The notes: a model not told the origin generated them from the sequence alone. A DNA stretch of 62,845 nucleotides from an uncultured Desulfobacula sp. (GCA_964457495.1 CAYWGN010000003.1:1-62845); one strand, 5' to 3'. Positions 39,886 through 50,013 are shown, counted from the stretch's first letter. Program-made: numbers and translations.

Positions 39886-39971
39886 ATTTTATCTTGACAA
39901 TGATGGTAAATTAACCTTTAATTTTTAATGAAATTCTCGTTCCAACAATCAAATCTAAAAAGGAGGATATT

Positions 39972-40157
39972 ATGACAACCCCAGCACATTGCCCAGGTTT
40001 TGAACAATTTAAGAATTTACAATCCTTTACATGCAATTGCCCTAAATGCAATGCACCAAAGGAAATTTTCTCGGATGAATTTGAAAAAACCCATAAATGC
40101 GATAAATGCGGTGAAGAAATAGATTTCACTTCATGCACCTATGATGCAGGCTTATAA
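39972..40157 (+). CDS. small Cys-rich (zinc-ribbon-like) protein
   Basis: AAGGAGG RBS; HCPG, CPKC, EIFSDE and CDKCG motifs. Confidence 0.8.
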   Translation: MTTPAHCPGFEQFKNLQSFTCNCPKCNAPKEIFSDEFEKTHKCDKCGEEIDFTSCTYDAGL

Positions 40158-40499
40158 GCCTGACAGTATCAAACTATAACATCCTGATTTTGTCCTGTAG
40201 TCTAATTTTCCGACTCAAATTATTAAAAACCAGGATGTCTTTTATAACTCTTTATGAAACATTTCAAATCCACTGGGTTTTTGATCTATATGCTGATGCT
40301 GTTCATGCCGACCATATCTTCCTGCTCATCCAAGGATAAAAATAATTTTTCATAAAACAAAATGGCCCATGCCGGGCCAGCCAGAGAAATTCTGAGTGTT
40401 AAACTTGGCTTGACAATAAATCAATAATCTTATAAAGATCATAAAGCTTTTGTCTGAAGACAAAAAATAAGATCGTAAAAATATAATATTAAAAATAGT

Positions 40500-40554
40500 G
40501 CCACGAAGGCTGAAAATTTCCTTAACAGGAGGTTTATACCTTTGTGGCTTTTTT
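40500..40554 (+). terminator. Leader hairpin with U-tract directly upstream of the ABC SBP RBS (candidate attenuator)
   Basis: GCCACGAAGG...CCTTTGTGGC followed by TTTTTT, then GGAGG. Confidence 0.55.
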
Positions 40555-40570
40555 GTTTTCGGAGGAAATG

Positions 40571-41683
40571 ATGATTAAAAAAACTTGCTGGATAGCATTA
40601 TTTGCCTTTTTGATTTTAGGTTTTTTTGCTGCCTTTACTATTGCTCAACCTTTAAGACAGATAACAGATGCCAACCTGAGAACTATCAACATACCCCAAA
40701 AAATTGATCGGATCATCTGTTCTGGCCCTGGAAGTTTAAGGCTGATCACATATTTTGGAGCCCAGGATCTTGTTGTGGCTGTGGATGATATTGAAAAAAG
40801 ACAGAATAAATTTGATGCCCGGCCTTATTCCCTGGCCAATCCACAATTTAAAAAACTGCCTGTTTTCGGGGGATTCAGGGGACATGATGACCCTGAAAAA
40901 ATTCTGGGCTTAAAAAATTCACCCCAGGTTATTTTCAAAACCTTTGCCACCATGGGCTATGACCCTGTTAAACTTGAACAAAAGACAGAAATTCCTGTTA
41001 TCATTCTTGAATATGGTGACCTTTCCAAAGGCAGAAAAAATTTTTTCAATTCCCTGAATATCATTGGTCAGGTATTGCAAAAAGAATCCCGCGCCAAAGA
41101 ATTGATCGCCTTTTTCAACAAACATATCAATGAACTTGAAAACAGGACTAAAGATATTGCTGATAAAAAAACCTGTTTTATCGGGGGAATTGCATTTAAG
41201 GGCCCCCATGGATTTCAATCCACAGAGCCCTTTTACCCTCCATTTCAATTTATCAATGCTCAAAATATTGCCTCAATCAGCAGAATGGATGACAAAAACA
41301 TCTCCCGCAGCAATTTTTCCAAAGAAAAAATACTTCAGACAGACCCTGATATCCTGTTTCTGGATCTGTCCACCCTTCAGATGGGGGAAGGTCATGGTGG
41401 TCTTCATGAACTTAAAAATGATCCGGTTTATAGAGGATTGACTGCAGTGAAAACCAATAAAGTTTATGGCGTACTTCCCTATAACTGGTATAATCAAAAC
41501 TTTGGCTCCATTCTTGCCGATGCCTGGTATATTGGAAAAATTTTATATCCTGAAAAGTTTACGGATATTAACCCTGGAAAAAGAGCTGATGGCATCTATA
41601 AATTCCTGGTTTCAGAGCCTGTTTTTGCTTCAATGAATTCATTGTTCCAAAACATGGTGTTTAAACCCGTGGATATAAATTAA
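40571..41683 (+). CDS. Fe-siderophore/cobalamin ABC substrate-binding protein
   Basis: Signal peptide, PEKIL, SKEKIL..DPDILF and AVKTNKVY motifs. Confidence 0.85.
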   Translation: MIKKTCWIALFAFLILGFFAAFTIAQPLRQITDANLRTINIPQKIDRIICSGPGSLRLITYFGAQDLVVAVDDIEKRQNKFDARPYSLANPQFKKLPVFGGFRGHDDPEKILGLKNSPQVIFKTFATMGYDPVKLEQKTEIPVIILEYGDLSKGRKNFFNSLNIIGQVLQKESRAKELIAFFNKHINELENRTKDIADKKTCFIGGIAFKGPHGFQSTEPFYPPFQFINAQNIASISRMDDKNISRSNFSKEKILQTDPDILFLDLSTLQMGEGHGGLHELKNDPVYRGLTAVKTNKVYGVLPYNWYNQNFGSILADAWYIGKILYPEKFTDINPGKRADGIYKFLVSEPVFASMNSLFQNMVFKPVDIN

Positions 41684-41696
41684 AGGTTGTATAACA

Positions 41697-42767
41697 ATGC
41701 ATTTTGAAGATGGTGAGATATCAGAGGAATATTCTGCATATATAAGAAAAAAAATGATGTTTATTTTCCTGGTCTTTATTACCCTGATACTGATGATGAT
41801 TATAAGCATCTCCCTGGGCTCAGTCCATATCAGCTTTATTGAAGTTATTAAAACACTTTTTAATAACCCGGGTTCCAGGCAAATTGAGCTGATCATATGG
41901 AATATCAGGTTGCCCCAGACCCTGACAGCCGTAGTTGCCGGTGCAGGTCTTGCCGCTTCGGGTGCTGTCATGCAGTCTGTCCTGAGAAACCCTCTGGCAT
42001 CACCTTTTACCCTGGGCATTGCCCATGCAGCTGCCTTTGGTGCTGCCTTTTCCGTCATGATCCTTGGGACGGGTGTAATGGCAAGCTCTTTAAACGATGC
42101 CTTAAATATTTCAAACCCTGTGATTACCTTATTGTCTGCCTTTTTATTTTCCATGATAACGGCCTGCATTATCACCTATATCTCAAAAATCCGAGGGTCT
42201 TCTCCGGAAATCATGGTGTTGACCGGGATTGCACTGGGATCACTCTTTATGGCCGGGACCATGCTCCTTCAATTCTTTGCCGATGATGTTCAGCTGGCTG
42301 CCATGGTATTCTGGACATTTGGAGATGTTGCCAGGGCAGACTGGAAAGATTTCTGGATCATTTTTGGGGTAACCATCTGTCTTTTGGTCTATTTTCTGAC
42401 CAACACAAAAAATTACAATGCCATGGATATGGGAGATGAAACTGCCAGGGGGCTGGGGGTAAAAGTTGAGATGATAAGGCTTTCAGCAATGATGGCAGCG
42501 TCCCTTGCTACCTCTGTCATCATCTCTTTTATCGGTATTATCAGTTTTATCGGGCTTGTGGCCCCCCATATTGTTCGGCGGGTGATCGGTGATGATCAAA
42601 GATTTCTCATGCCTGCCTCCATTCTTGTGGGAGCTTTGATCCTTCTGTCTGCTGATATTGTGGCAAGGCTTGTGCTTTTACCCCATGTACTGCCCGTTTC
42701 AATTTTTACATCGTTCCTTGGAGCGCCTGTTTTTATTTATCTCATCATCAAAGGACATAGAAAATGA
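41697..42767 (+). CDS. FecCD/BtuC family permease
   Basis: IRLP, MQSVLRNPLASP and FIGLVAPH motifs. Confidence 0.92.
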   Translation: MHFEDGEISEEYSAYIRKKMMFIFLVFITLILMMIISISLGSVHISFIEVIKTLFNNPGSRQIELIIWNIRLPQTLTAVVAGAGLAASGAVMQSVLRNPLASPFTLGIAHAAAFGAAFSVMILGTGVMASSLNDALNISNPVITLLSAFLFSMITACIITYISKIRGSSPEIMVLTGIALGSLFMAGTMLLQFFADDVQLAAMVFWTFGDVARADWKDFWIIFGVTICLLVYFLTNTKNYNAMDMGDETARGLGVKVEMIRLSAMMAASLATSVIISFIGIISFIGLVAPHIVRRVIGDDQRFLMPASILVGALILLSADIVARLVLLPHVLPVSIFTSFLGAPVFIYLIIKGHRK

Positions 42768-43534
42768 TTCTTAAAGTGAATGATCTTGCATTTCATTATA
42801 AAAGCCATGAAACCCTGAAAAATATCAGTTTTTCTATTCAACGAGGTGAAACAACGGTCATTCTCGGTCCCAATGGTGTTGGCAAGACAACCCTGCTTAA
42901 ATGCCTGAATTCCATCCTTACTCCCCAAAACGGTGATATCCTTGTAAAGGATAAAAACATCAGAGAAATGGATATCAAACAAATCGCAAAGGAAATCTCT
43001 TATGTGGCACAAAAAAATGAAACGGCACGGATTACGGCTTTTGATGCCATCCTCCTGGGAAGACATCCCCATATCCGTTATAAAACAAGTTCCAATGATT
43101 TAAAAAAAGTGGATGCTGTAATAAAAAAACTGAATCTTTCCCATCTGTGCCTGAAATACCTGGATCAGATGAGCGGGGGAGAACTGCAGAAAGTATCCAT
43201 TGCAAGAGCCATTGTTCAACAGACAGACCTTCTCCTGCTGGATGAACCCACCAGCAGCCTTGACCTGAAAAACCAGACAGATATTCTAGGGCTGATCAGA
43301 CATATTGTAAAAGGACATCATATTGCTGCAGTCATGACCATGCATGATCTAAATACAGCCTTGCGATATGCGGATCAGTATTTATTGTTAAAGGATAAAA
43401 CAATTTATGGGGCTGGAAAGATAAATGAAATCTCTTCAAAAATGATAGAAGATGTTTATGGTGTCAGCGTTGAAATCTTTTATCACAAGGGTTTTCCCGT
43501 AGTAGTTCCCATTGAGAATGTAAAAGCTGCCTGA
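42764..43534 (+). CDS. ABC ATP-binding protein (FecE/BtuD-like)
   Basis: GPNGVGKT, MSGGELQ, DEPT and HDLN motifs. Confidence 0.92.
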   Translation: MILKVNDLAFHYKSHETLKNISFSIQRGETTVILGPNGVGKTTLLKCLNSILTPQNGDILVKDKNIREMDIKQIAKEISYVAQKNETARITAFDAILLGRHPHIRYKTSSNDLKKVDAVIKKLNLSHLCLKYLDQMSGGELQKVSIARAIVQQTDLLLLDEPTSSLDLKNQTDILGLIRHIVKGHHIAAVMTMHDLNTALRYADQYLLLKDKTIYGAGKINEISSKMIEDVYGVSVEIFYHKGFPVVVPIENVKAA

Positions 43535-43558
43535 ATTTAAAAAAAAAGGAGTTTACAA

Positions 43559-44092
43559 ATGACGTGCTCATTAAAAAAAGAGTTGATTGAAAAAACAATA
43601 GAGTTCCATGGCCATAGCTGCCCAGGCTTGACCATAGGGATTCGGGCCTCGGAACTTGCAATGGAAAAACTGGATATCCATAATGCAGAAAATCCAGTAT
43701 GCGTAGCTGAGACGGACATGTGCGGTGTGGATGCCATCCAGTTTTTAACTGGGTGTTCCTTTGGCAAAGGAAACCTGATCCACAAAGATTACGGCAAATC
43801 AGCATTTACATTTTATGACAGGAACGCTCAAAAAGGTTTTCGCGCCGTATTTAATGATTTTGCAAGGGATGAAACAGACAGGAACAAACGAATCAAAAAG
43901 ATTCTTCAGGCAGATTTAAAAGATCTTTTTTCAACACAGGACGTGGATGTACCCCCAGTAAGTCCTGCCCGGATATTAAAAAGCATTCAATGTGATTCCT
44001 GCCATGAAATGACCATGGAATCGCGCATCCGGCTGTTTGATGGTAAAAGTTTGTGTATCCCGTGTTTCCAGAATGTGGAACAGAAAATTTAA
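43559..44092 (+). CDS. FmdE family protein with C-terminal zinc finger
   Basis: FHGHSCPG, CGVDAIQ, GCSFGKGNL and CDSC...CIPC. Confidence 0.88.
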   Translation: MTCSLKKELIEKTIEFHGHSCPGLTIGIRASELAMEKLDIHNAENPVCVAETDMCGVDAIQFLTGCSFGKGNLIHKDYGKSAFTFYDRNAQKGFRAVFNDFARDETDRNKRIKKILQADLKDLFSTQDVDVPPVSPARILKSIQCDSCHEMTMESRIRLFDGKSLCIPCFQNVEQKI

Positions 44093-44214
44093 CTTTCCCG
44101 ACTATCAAATAATTCCAATTAATTATGGATGGACAAAATTTTTCAGAAGACAATTTTTCAAAAGACTATTGACTTGATCTCCTTTATTTTGTAAATACTT
44201 GTCACATTTTTTTT

Positions 44215-44358
44215 GGTTGCCTGGGCCAACGGAACACGGTGAAACTCCGTGACGGTCCCGCCGCTGTAACTGGAAACATCTGTTTTTTTATAATAGTCAC
44301 TGTGAAAACGGGAAGGTAAAAAAAACAGGTTTAATGCCGGAAGTCAGAAGACGAGCCA
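44215..44358 (+). ncRNA. cobalamin riboswitch
   Basis: GGAACACGGTGAAACTCCGTGACGGTCCCGCCGCTGTAA, GTCACTG..GGGAAGG and AAGTCAGAAGAC (B12 box) upstream of cobT. Confidence 0.92.
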
Positions 44359-44386
44359 AGGTAACAATCATTGTCAAGCCTGATGG

Positions 44387-44428
44387 TAAAGGGTTTTGTA
44401 AGAATTTTCTCTTGCAAAACCCTTTTTT
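44387..44428 (+). terminator. Riboswitch expression-platform terminator
   Basis: AAAGGGTTTTGTAAGA...TCTTGCAAAACCCTTTTTT. Confidence 0.75.
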
Positions 44429-44464
44429 GTTTTGCAAAAGATTCAATAGCGAGGAGACTATATC

Positions 44465-45526
44465 ATGTCACTATTAGAACAAACCCTTTTGTCCATCTCA
44501 AAAACACTTAATGAAGATGTATTTCATGCGGCCAAGGAACGTCTTGCCAACCAGGCCAAACCTGCCGGAAGCCTTGGGGTCATGGAAGAGATCTCTGCAA
44601 GACTTGCAGCGATAAAAGGCACCATTGACGTTAAACTTTCCAATAAACAGATCGTTACCTGTGCCGGCGACCACGGGGTATGCCAGGAAGGGGTAAGTCT
44701 TTTCCCGTCAGAAGTCACCCCCCAGATGGTGTATAATTTTGCCAGCAATGGGGCATCGGTCAATGTAATCGGCAAACATGCCGGAGCCATGGTAAAGGCG
44801 GCTGACCTAGGGGTTAACCATGACTTTGAACCTGACCTGCCCATCTTTCATAAAAAAATCAGATATGGGACAGCCAATTTTACTAAAGAACCTGCCATGA
44901 CCCGGGAGGAAGCCATTTTATCCATTGAAGCCGGCATTGAGATTGTAAACGAACTGGAGGCCCAGGCACCCGTTGATCTTTTGGGAACCGGTGACATGGG
45001 GATTGGCAATACAACCCCGTCTTCAGCCATCATTGCTGCTTTTTCAGGCATTGAAGTTGAAAAACTGACCGGCCGCGGTACGGGCATAGATGATCAGACC
45101 TTAAAAGACAAAATAGCCGTCATCAAAAAAGGTCTTGCTCTTCATCGTCCTGACCCCAATGACCCCATAGATGTCCTGTCAAAGGTCGGCGGCCTTGAAA
45201 TCGGCGGTATTGCAGGCCTTGTCCTGGGTGCTGCCGCCAAAGGCATTCCCGTTATCTGTGATGGCTTTATCTCTACTGCCGGCGCATTGATTGCCTGTGA
45301 ACTTTGTCCTGCTGCAAAAAATTATCTTTTTGCCAGTCACAAATCCGTGGAGATCGGGCATCAATATATGCATGAAAGGCTGGGTCTTGAACCCTTGATT
45401 GATTTGAAATTCAGACTGGGAGAAGGTACGGGCGCTGCCGTGTGCATGGAACTTCTGGATCTTTCCACAAGGATCCTTGCAGACATAAAAACCTTTGAAG
45501 AAGTGGGTATCAACGACGCGCAATAA
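44465..45526 (+). CDS. cobT: nicotinate-nucleotide--dimethylbenzimidazole phosphoribosyltransferase
   Basis: KPAGSLG, AGDHGV, GDMGIGNTT, GRGTG, DGFI and RLGEGTGA motifs. Confidence 0.95.
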   Translation: MSLLEQTLLSISKTLNEDVFHAAKERLANQAKPAGSLGVMEEISARLAAIKGTIDVKLSNKQIVTCAGDHGVCQEGVSLFPSEVTPQMVYNFASNGASVNVIGKHAGAMVKAADLGVNHDFEPDLPIFHKKIRYGTANFTKEPAMTREEAILSIEAGIEIVNELEAQAPVDLLGTGDMGIGNTTPSSAIIAAFSGIEVEKLTGRGTGIDDQTLKDKIAVIKKGLALHRPDPNDPIDVLSKVGGLEIGGIAGLVLGAAAKGIPVICDGFISTAGALIACELCPAAKNYLFASHKSVEIGHQYMHERLGLEPLIDLKFRLGEGTGAAVCMELLDLSTRILADIKTFEEVGINDAQ

Positions 45527-45660
45527 AAATTGATATTACCCGGCCATGGCAAAGTGTCATGGCCTGCATCCACTCTTGCTTTTGCATCGGGTGCTGAAAT
45601 TCTGTTCACAGCCGTCATAATCATATCTCCATTAATTTGGGTTTGTGATCCTGAGACACA

Positions 45661-46467
45661 TTAGTTTGTCCGTGTATCCCATAAAAAATTGCCTATTTTT
45701 TCCTGAAGAATTTTTTTGCCTGTATCAATAATATCATTGTGACCGCAATCGGGAATCTCAACCAGCTCTTTTTCTCCCTTAAAATTCAAATACTGCTGCC
45801 GGGCAAAATGAACCGGAATAATATCATCATTGATGCCATGAAAGAGGATAACCGGGGTTGTGGTCTGCCCGGCCCAGGTGTGAGCCGAAAATTTATGTTT
45901 CATTAAAAATTTTACAGGAAACAAAGGATAATGATACTGGGCCACCTTGGCCAGGGAAGGATACGCTGAGATAAGAATCAAGCCGTTGATATCAGTCTGA
46001 GTTGCAATAAAGGTTGCCACCCCTGTTCCAAGGGACTCTCCCATAAGATAAACGGGCAACTTCTTATGATCCTTTTTTTTAATATGAAGAATCAGGTCAA
46101 GGGCCTGTTGAAGAAAAATGCTTTCGCCGGGCACATTCAAATCTTTTCCATAACCAGGGTATTCAAATACTATAAAGTTGGAATTAAACTCCTTTAAAAA
46201 ATCCAGAAAATAGACTCGATCGCATGCATTGCCGGCATTTCCGTGGAAGATGACGATCCAGGAGTCAGGGTCTGGTTTTGTCTCAAGATAGTAGCGGATG
46301 CCCCTGATGGTTTGGGCCCTGGCATTACGCCTTTCCATTTCAGGGCAGTCACCAAACTGGCTTGTGGAAGGGAAAAATAACATCTTATCCTGAAAAAAAT
46401 AGAGTGCAACCAGAACAAGGGTATAAAACACCATACCGAAACTGATGATCTGTATAAACGATTTCAT
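45661..46467 (-). CDS. alpha/beta hydrolase (ABHD13/BEM46-like)
   Basis: FHGNAG, EYPGYG, GESLG, HGINDDII and GHND; N-terminal TM. Confidence 0.88.
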   Translation of the reverse strand: MKSFIQIISFGMVFYTLVLVALYFFQDKMLFFPSTSQFGDCPEMERRNARAQTIRGIRYYLETKPDPDSWIVIFHGNAGNACDRVYFLDFLKEFNSNFIVFEYPGYGKDLNVPGESIFLQQALDLILHIKKKDHKKLPVYLMGESLGTGVATFIATQTDINGLILISAYPSLAKVAQYHYPLFPVKFLMKHKFSAHTWAGQTTTPVILFHGINDDIIPVHFARQQYLNFKGEKELVEIPDCGHNDIIDTGKKILQEKIGNFLWDTRTN

Positions 46468-46628
46468 TGTTATCCCCATTTGATCGATCAACTCAAATAG
46501 ACGTTATTATTAATCACCATGTAGGACTTAAAGCTAGTGACTTCACATAAAATATTATGGCATAAAAAAGCGATATTAACAATTTGGATGTAAAAAAATC
46601 AATCTGCTTTTAAGGCAATGGTCTTTTT

Positions 46629-47309
46629 TTAAGCAAAACATTCCCCGTCCTGAACCTTGATACTCCTTGTTGCATAGGCTCCCATATCTGAATTATGGGT
46701 AACCACAATAATGGTATGTCCTTCTTCATTCAAAGACTGCAGCAACATCATGATTTCATTTGCTGTTTTTGTATCAAGATTTCCCGTGGGCTCATCAGCC
46801 AGTATAATTGGTGGTTTGTTTACAATGGCCCTTGCAATGGCCACTCGTTCCTGTTCTCCGCCTGACAGCTGATCCGGCAGCCGGTGTGCTTTGGTCTCAA
46901 GTCCCACCCGTTGGATCACCTCTAAAGCCATCTGATTTTTGATCTTTTTTTTCTGCCCTGTAACTGCCATGGGAAGTTTGACGTTTTCCAGCACTGTCAG
47001 GTAGGGAATGAGCTGAAAAGACTGAAAAATGAATCCAATATATTCGCTCCTGAAATCAGCCCGCTGTTCACCACTTAAAGAATAAAGATCAAGAGAATCC
47101 ACAAGAACTTTTCCCTGGGTCGGGTGATTGAGTGCACCCATTATGGACAACAATGTACTCTTACCAGAGCCGGACTGCCCCATAATGGCGATAAACTCTT
47201 CGTCATCAATAAAAAAATCCATTTGTTTAATGGCATCCACTTTAGTGTCATAACTTTGATACGTTTTTTTTAATCCCTGAATTTCGATCAAATGATTAAC
47301 CTGTGTCAT
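46629..47309 (-). CDS. ABC ATP-binding protein (LolD/MacB-like)
   Basis: GQSGSGKS, LSGGEQER and DEPTGNLD motifs. Confidence 0.92.
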   Translation of the reverse strand: MTQVNHLIEIQGLKKTYQSYDTKVDAIKQMDFFIDDEEFIAIMGQSGSGKSTLLSIMGALNHPTQGKVLVDSLDLYSLSGEQRADFRSEYIGFIFQSFQLIPYLTVLENVKLPMAVTGQKKKIKNQMALEVIQRVGLETKAHRLPDQLSGGEQERVAIARAIVNKPPIILADEPTGNLDTKTANEIMMLLQSLNEEGHTIIVVTHNSDMGAYATRSIKVQDGECFA

Positions 47310-47327
47310 TTTTTCTCTCTTTCTATT

Positions 47328-48488
47328 TTAAAGTGATCTTAATGCTTCGCTTGGATCCATGTTACTGGCTTTAAAAGCAGGGTAAAGACTTGCCAGAAGA
47401 CTTAGGGCCACGGCCATGAGTATGGAGACAATCCCAAGGTTTGTATTGATTCCGGCAAACACCCCATCTTTCATCACTAAAGGAATAATACCGTAAGCAA
47501 TCAGATTTCCGATAACAAATCCCAGGATACCACCAATGATACCCAGCAACAGAGCTTCCAGCAAGATAATCTGCATGACATGCCCTCTTCTGAACCCGAT
47601 GGCCCTGAAAATTCCGATTTCCCTGGTTCTTTCGTTTACGGATCCCATCATGGTGACCAGAACCAGCAATGAGCCAATGAGAATCACAATAATGGATATA
47701 CCCAGGCTGAAAGATCTAAACATGTCAATGGACTGCATTTTAGACATGACTGCCTGCTTCATGGCTGTAACTTTTGCATTGGGAAATTTCTCTGCAATCT
47801 GCAATGTCATTTCTGAAATAGGACATCCCTGGCAAAAGGCCGAGATTTCAACCATTGAAAGCTTACCATCTTTTCCTAAGAGTTTCTGACTGGCACCCAA
47901 GCTTGCAATAATGGCATCATCCTCTGAAGCACCCGTGGGTTTTAAAATCGTTGCCACTTTAAAGTATGTTCCAGAAAGGCTTATGGTATCTCCAACTTTA
48001 AACCCAAACAAGATTGCTACCTGAGACCCCAGCATTACCTCATCTTCTTTTTCAGGAAATGCTCCGCTGGTTTTATGCCACCATGTTTTCAAGGCAAGTT
48101 CTTCTTCAAATAATACCCCCATTAACAGGACATTTTTATCATTTACCATTACAGGACCAAGGACTTTCGGGGCAATGATGGAAAGGTTTTTATAATTTTT
48201 TATGGTTTTGATGTCTGCAAGCTTTTCCTGGTCAAATTCCCGGACCTGGTAACTTACGCCGCCCACATCAATACCACCGTAATTGAGTGACAGATTTTCA
48301 CTTTTAGGAACCATGACAATATTGGCTCCAAACTGGTTGAGCCTCTCCTCAATATTTTTGGTCATGCTCTCTGTAATGGAAAGAAGAGTGACAACAGTAG
48401 AAATACCTATCACAAGGCCTAGTACCAGAAAAAGCATTTTACCTTTTCTACGTTTAATATTCCCAAAAGAGATATTATGAAGTTTCAA
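47328..48488 (-). CDS. ABC permease (FtsX/MacB-like)
   Basis: ERTREIGIFRAIG and YPAFKAS; periplasmic CQGC. Confidence 0.9.
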   Translation of the reverse strand: MKLHNISFGNIKRRKGKMLFLVLGLVIGISTVVTLLSITESMTKNIEERLNQFGANIVMVPKSENLSLNYGGIDVGGVSYQVREFDQEKLADIKTIKNYKNLSIIAPKVLGPVMVNDKNVLLMGVLFEEELALKTWWHKTSGAFPEKEDEVMLGSQVAILFGFKVGDTISLSGTYFKVATILKPTGASEDDAIIASLGASQKLLGKDGKLSMVEISAFCQGCPISEMTLQIAEKFPNAKVTAMKQAVMSKMQSIDMFRSFSLGISIIVILIGSLLVLVTMMGSVNERTREIGIFRAIGFRRGHVMQIILLEALLLGIIGGILGFVIGNLIAYGIIPLVMKDGVFAGINTNLGIVSILMAVALSLLASLYPAFKASNMDPSEALRSL

Positions 48489-48915
48489 GTTCTTTCTCCT
48501 CTTTTTTCATTGTATTCTGATGCTGACGATGGTTGACCTGATTGAGCAGGGTAACATTCAAATCATGCTTATCAAACTGAGCTGTGATGCTGGAAATTTT
48601 GACCACGCGCCGATCAAAGGTAATAACAAGGCGTGTCGTATGCTCGTCTTTAAACGTGTTTTTCACCCCTTGGATGGCGCTTATTCCCGTAATTACATCT
48701 GCAGGCCATTTAGACTCTGATTCCAGTTTAAAAATCGCATCATCCAGATGGCGTGTGGTCATATAAGAAATCGTCTGGGGAATAGTCACAACACTCAGTC
48801 CAACGATAATTACCAGGGATACCACCATTGCAATTGTGCCAAATCCCATGCCTCTTTTTCTTATGCCAAGGACTTTCTCTCTTTTTTCCCGATATTTTTC
48901 TGGATCATATGTCAT
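48475..48915 (-). CDS. membrane-anchored HMA-like protein
   Basis: One TM segment, then a ferredoxin-like pattern (IQGVK..LVITFD); no CxxC. Confidence 0.55.
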   Translation of the reverse strand: MTYDPEKYREKREKVLGIRKRGMGFGTIAMVVSLVIIVGLSVVTIPQTISYMTTRHLDDAIFKLESESKWPADVITGISAIQGVKNTFKDEHTTRLVITFDRRVVKISSITAQFDKHDLNVTLLNQVNHRQHQNTMKKEEKELETS

Positions 48916-48972
48916 ATTAACGTCCTTTCTCTATTCTATATTAATGCCTGCCCGAAAACATAATAATAGGCA

Positions 48973-49440
48973 CTATTTATACTTGCAATACCATGCATTG
49001 CCATTGATATCCTTCATGGAAATCACAAGATTATCCCCGTCTACCACACGTTTTAATGGTGCCGGGTTGCATCCGCCTTTGACTTCATTGATCCTGTCCG
49101 TGGCAAATTTTCTGCCGCAATTGGTGCAGACCATGACATTGTCTTCCTGGACATATCCTTTGCCGGAACGATAGCAGACATCGCAGGAATCAATGGCTGC
49201 ACGGATCACACCATCCTCACTTTGAACCAGAAAATAATCTACTATGGTCCCGTCATTTGACTTTGTCTTAAAGTAATGGGCCTTGCCATCATTGACTTTA
49301 TTAATGGGAATATACACATTCCCGTCTTTGGGCTCCATGGTTTTAAATTTACTCCCAAAGAGTGCATAGGCGTTTGCACCTGCTAAAAGCAGTATAATGA
49401 GTATTGTAAAGCTGATAAAACCATTCTTAAATAATTTCAT
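48973..49440 (-). CDS. DUF2318 (predicted Fe-S/metal-binding) exported protein
   Basis: Signal peptide from ATG 49440; DSCDVC, CTNCG and GGCNPAP motifs. Confidence 0.85.
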   Translation of the reverse strand: MKLFKNGFISFTILIILLLAGANAYALFGSKFKTMEPKDGNVYIPINKVNDGKAHYFKTKSNDGTIVDYFLVQSEDGVIRAAIDSCDVCYRSGKGYVQEDNVMVCTNCGRKFATDRINEVKGGCNPAPLKRVVDGDNLVISMKDINGNAWYCKYK

Positions 49441-49459
49441 AATTTCTTTTCCTTCTATG

Positions 49460-49963
49460 TTAAAGATCTTGTGTTGGTTGAGACCCGCCCGGCTGGGGAC
49501 AGCACGAGCCGGAAGACGAGGGCACCTTTCCGGATGAACCTTGATTGCCACTGCTGAGACCTGGGTATCCACCGCCACAACTGCCGCCACCGGATATAAA
49601 CCCGGTTCTCTTGGATTCAAGATATGCAAAGGATTCTTTTTGAGAAATGGTATCAACCGTTTCCAGTTTTCCAGGATACCCTACCTCAATAAGCTTCTGG
49701 GATATTTTCTCAGCAGTCAGCGGTTCGGTAAAATCAATTGCAATCAATTTCCTGAACAAATTGGCTCCCATGCCTGAATAACCTTCCAAAGGCGTAAGCC
49801 CTGCATTGATTGTGGAAAAGCATCCCCCACAGGACAGGCTGTCTATTTTCAAAACAGCACGGCTTAACTCCTGGGCCTGGGGTTTTTCAGCTATACCGAT
49901 ACCTGCCATTAAAACCAGAACCAACCCGACAAAGCCTAAAATGATATAATTTATTTTTTTCAC
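49460..49963 (-). CDS. heavy-metal-associated (HMA) domain protein
   Basis: Signal or TM segment, LSCGGC and a Gly/Ser-rich tail with SCG and SCC. Confidence 0.8.
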   Translation of the reverse strand: MKKINYIILGFVGLVLVLMAGIGIAEKPQAQELSRAVLKIDSLSCGGCFSTINAGLTPLEGYSGMGANLFRKLIAIDFTEPLTAEKISQKLIEVGYPGKLETVDTISQKESFAYLESKRTGFISGGGSCGGGYPGLSSGNQGSSGKVPSSSGSCCPQPGGSQPTQDL

Positions 49964-50013
49964 ATTATCCTCCCATCTTTTAAGTATTTTTAACCCTCTT
50001 GTTCCAGATATAT

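Noticed and set aside
39972-40157. Cys-rich peptide as RiPP precursor for YcaO or radical SAM
   Set aside because: CxxC pairs fit a zinc ribbon, and it lies 11-20 kb from those enzymes.
49441-49656. 71-aa N-terminal extension of DUF2318 in the ORF track
   Set aside because: Overlaps the HMA gene; ATG 49440 has an RBS and begins a signal peptide.
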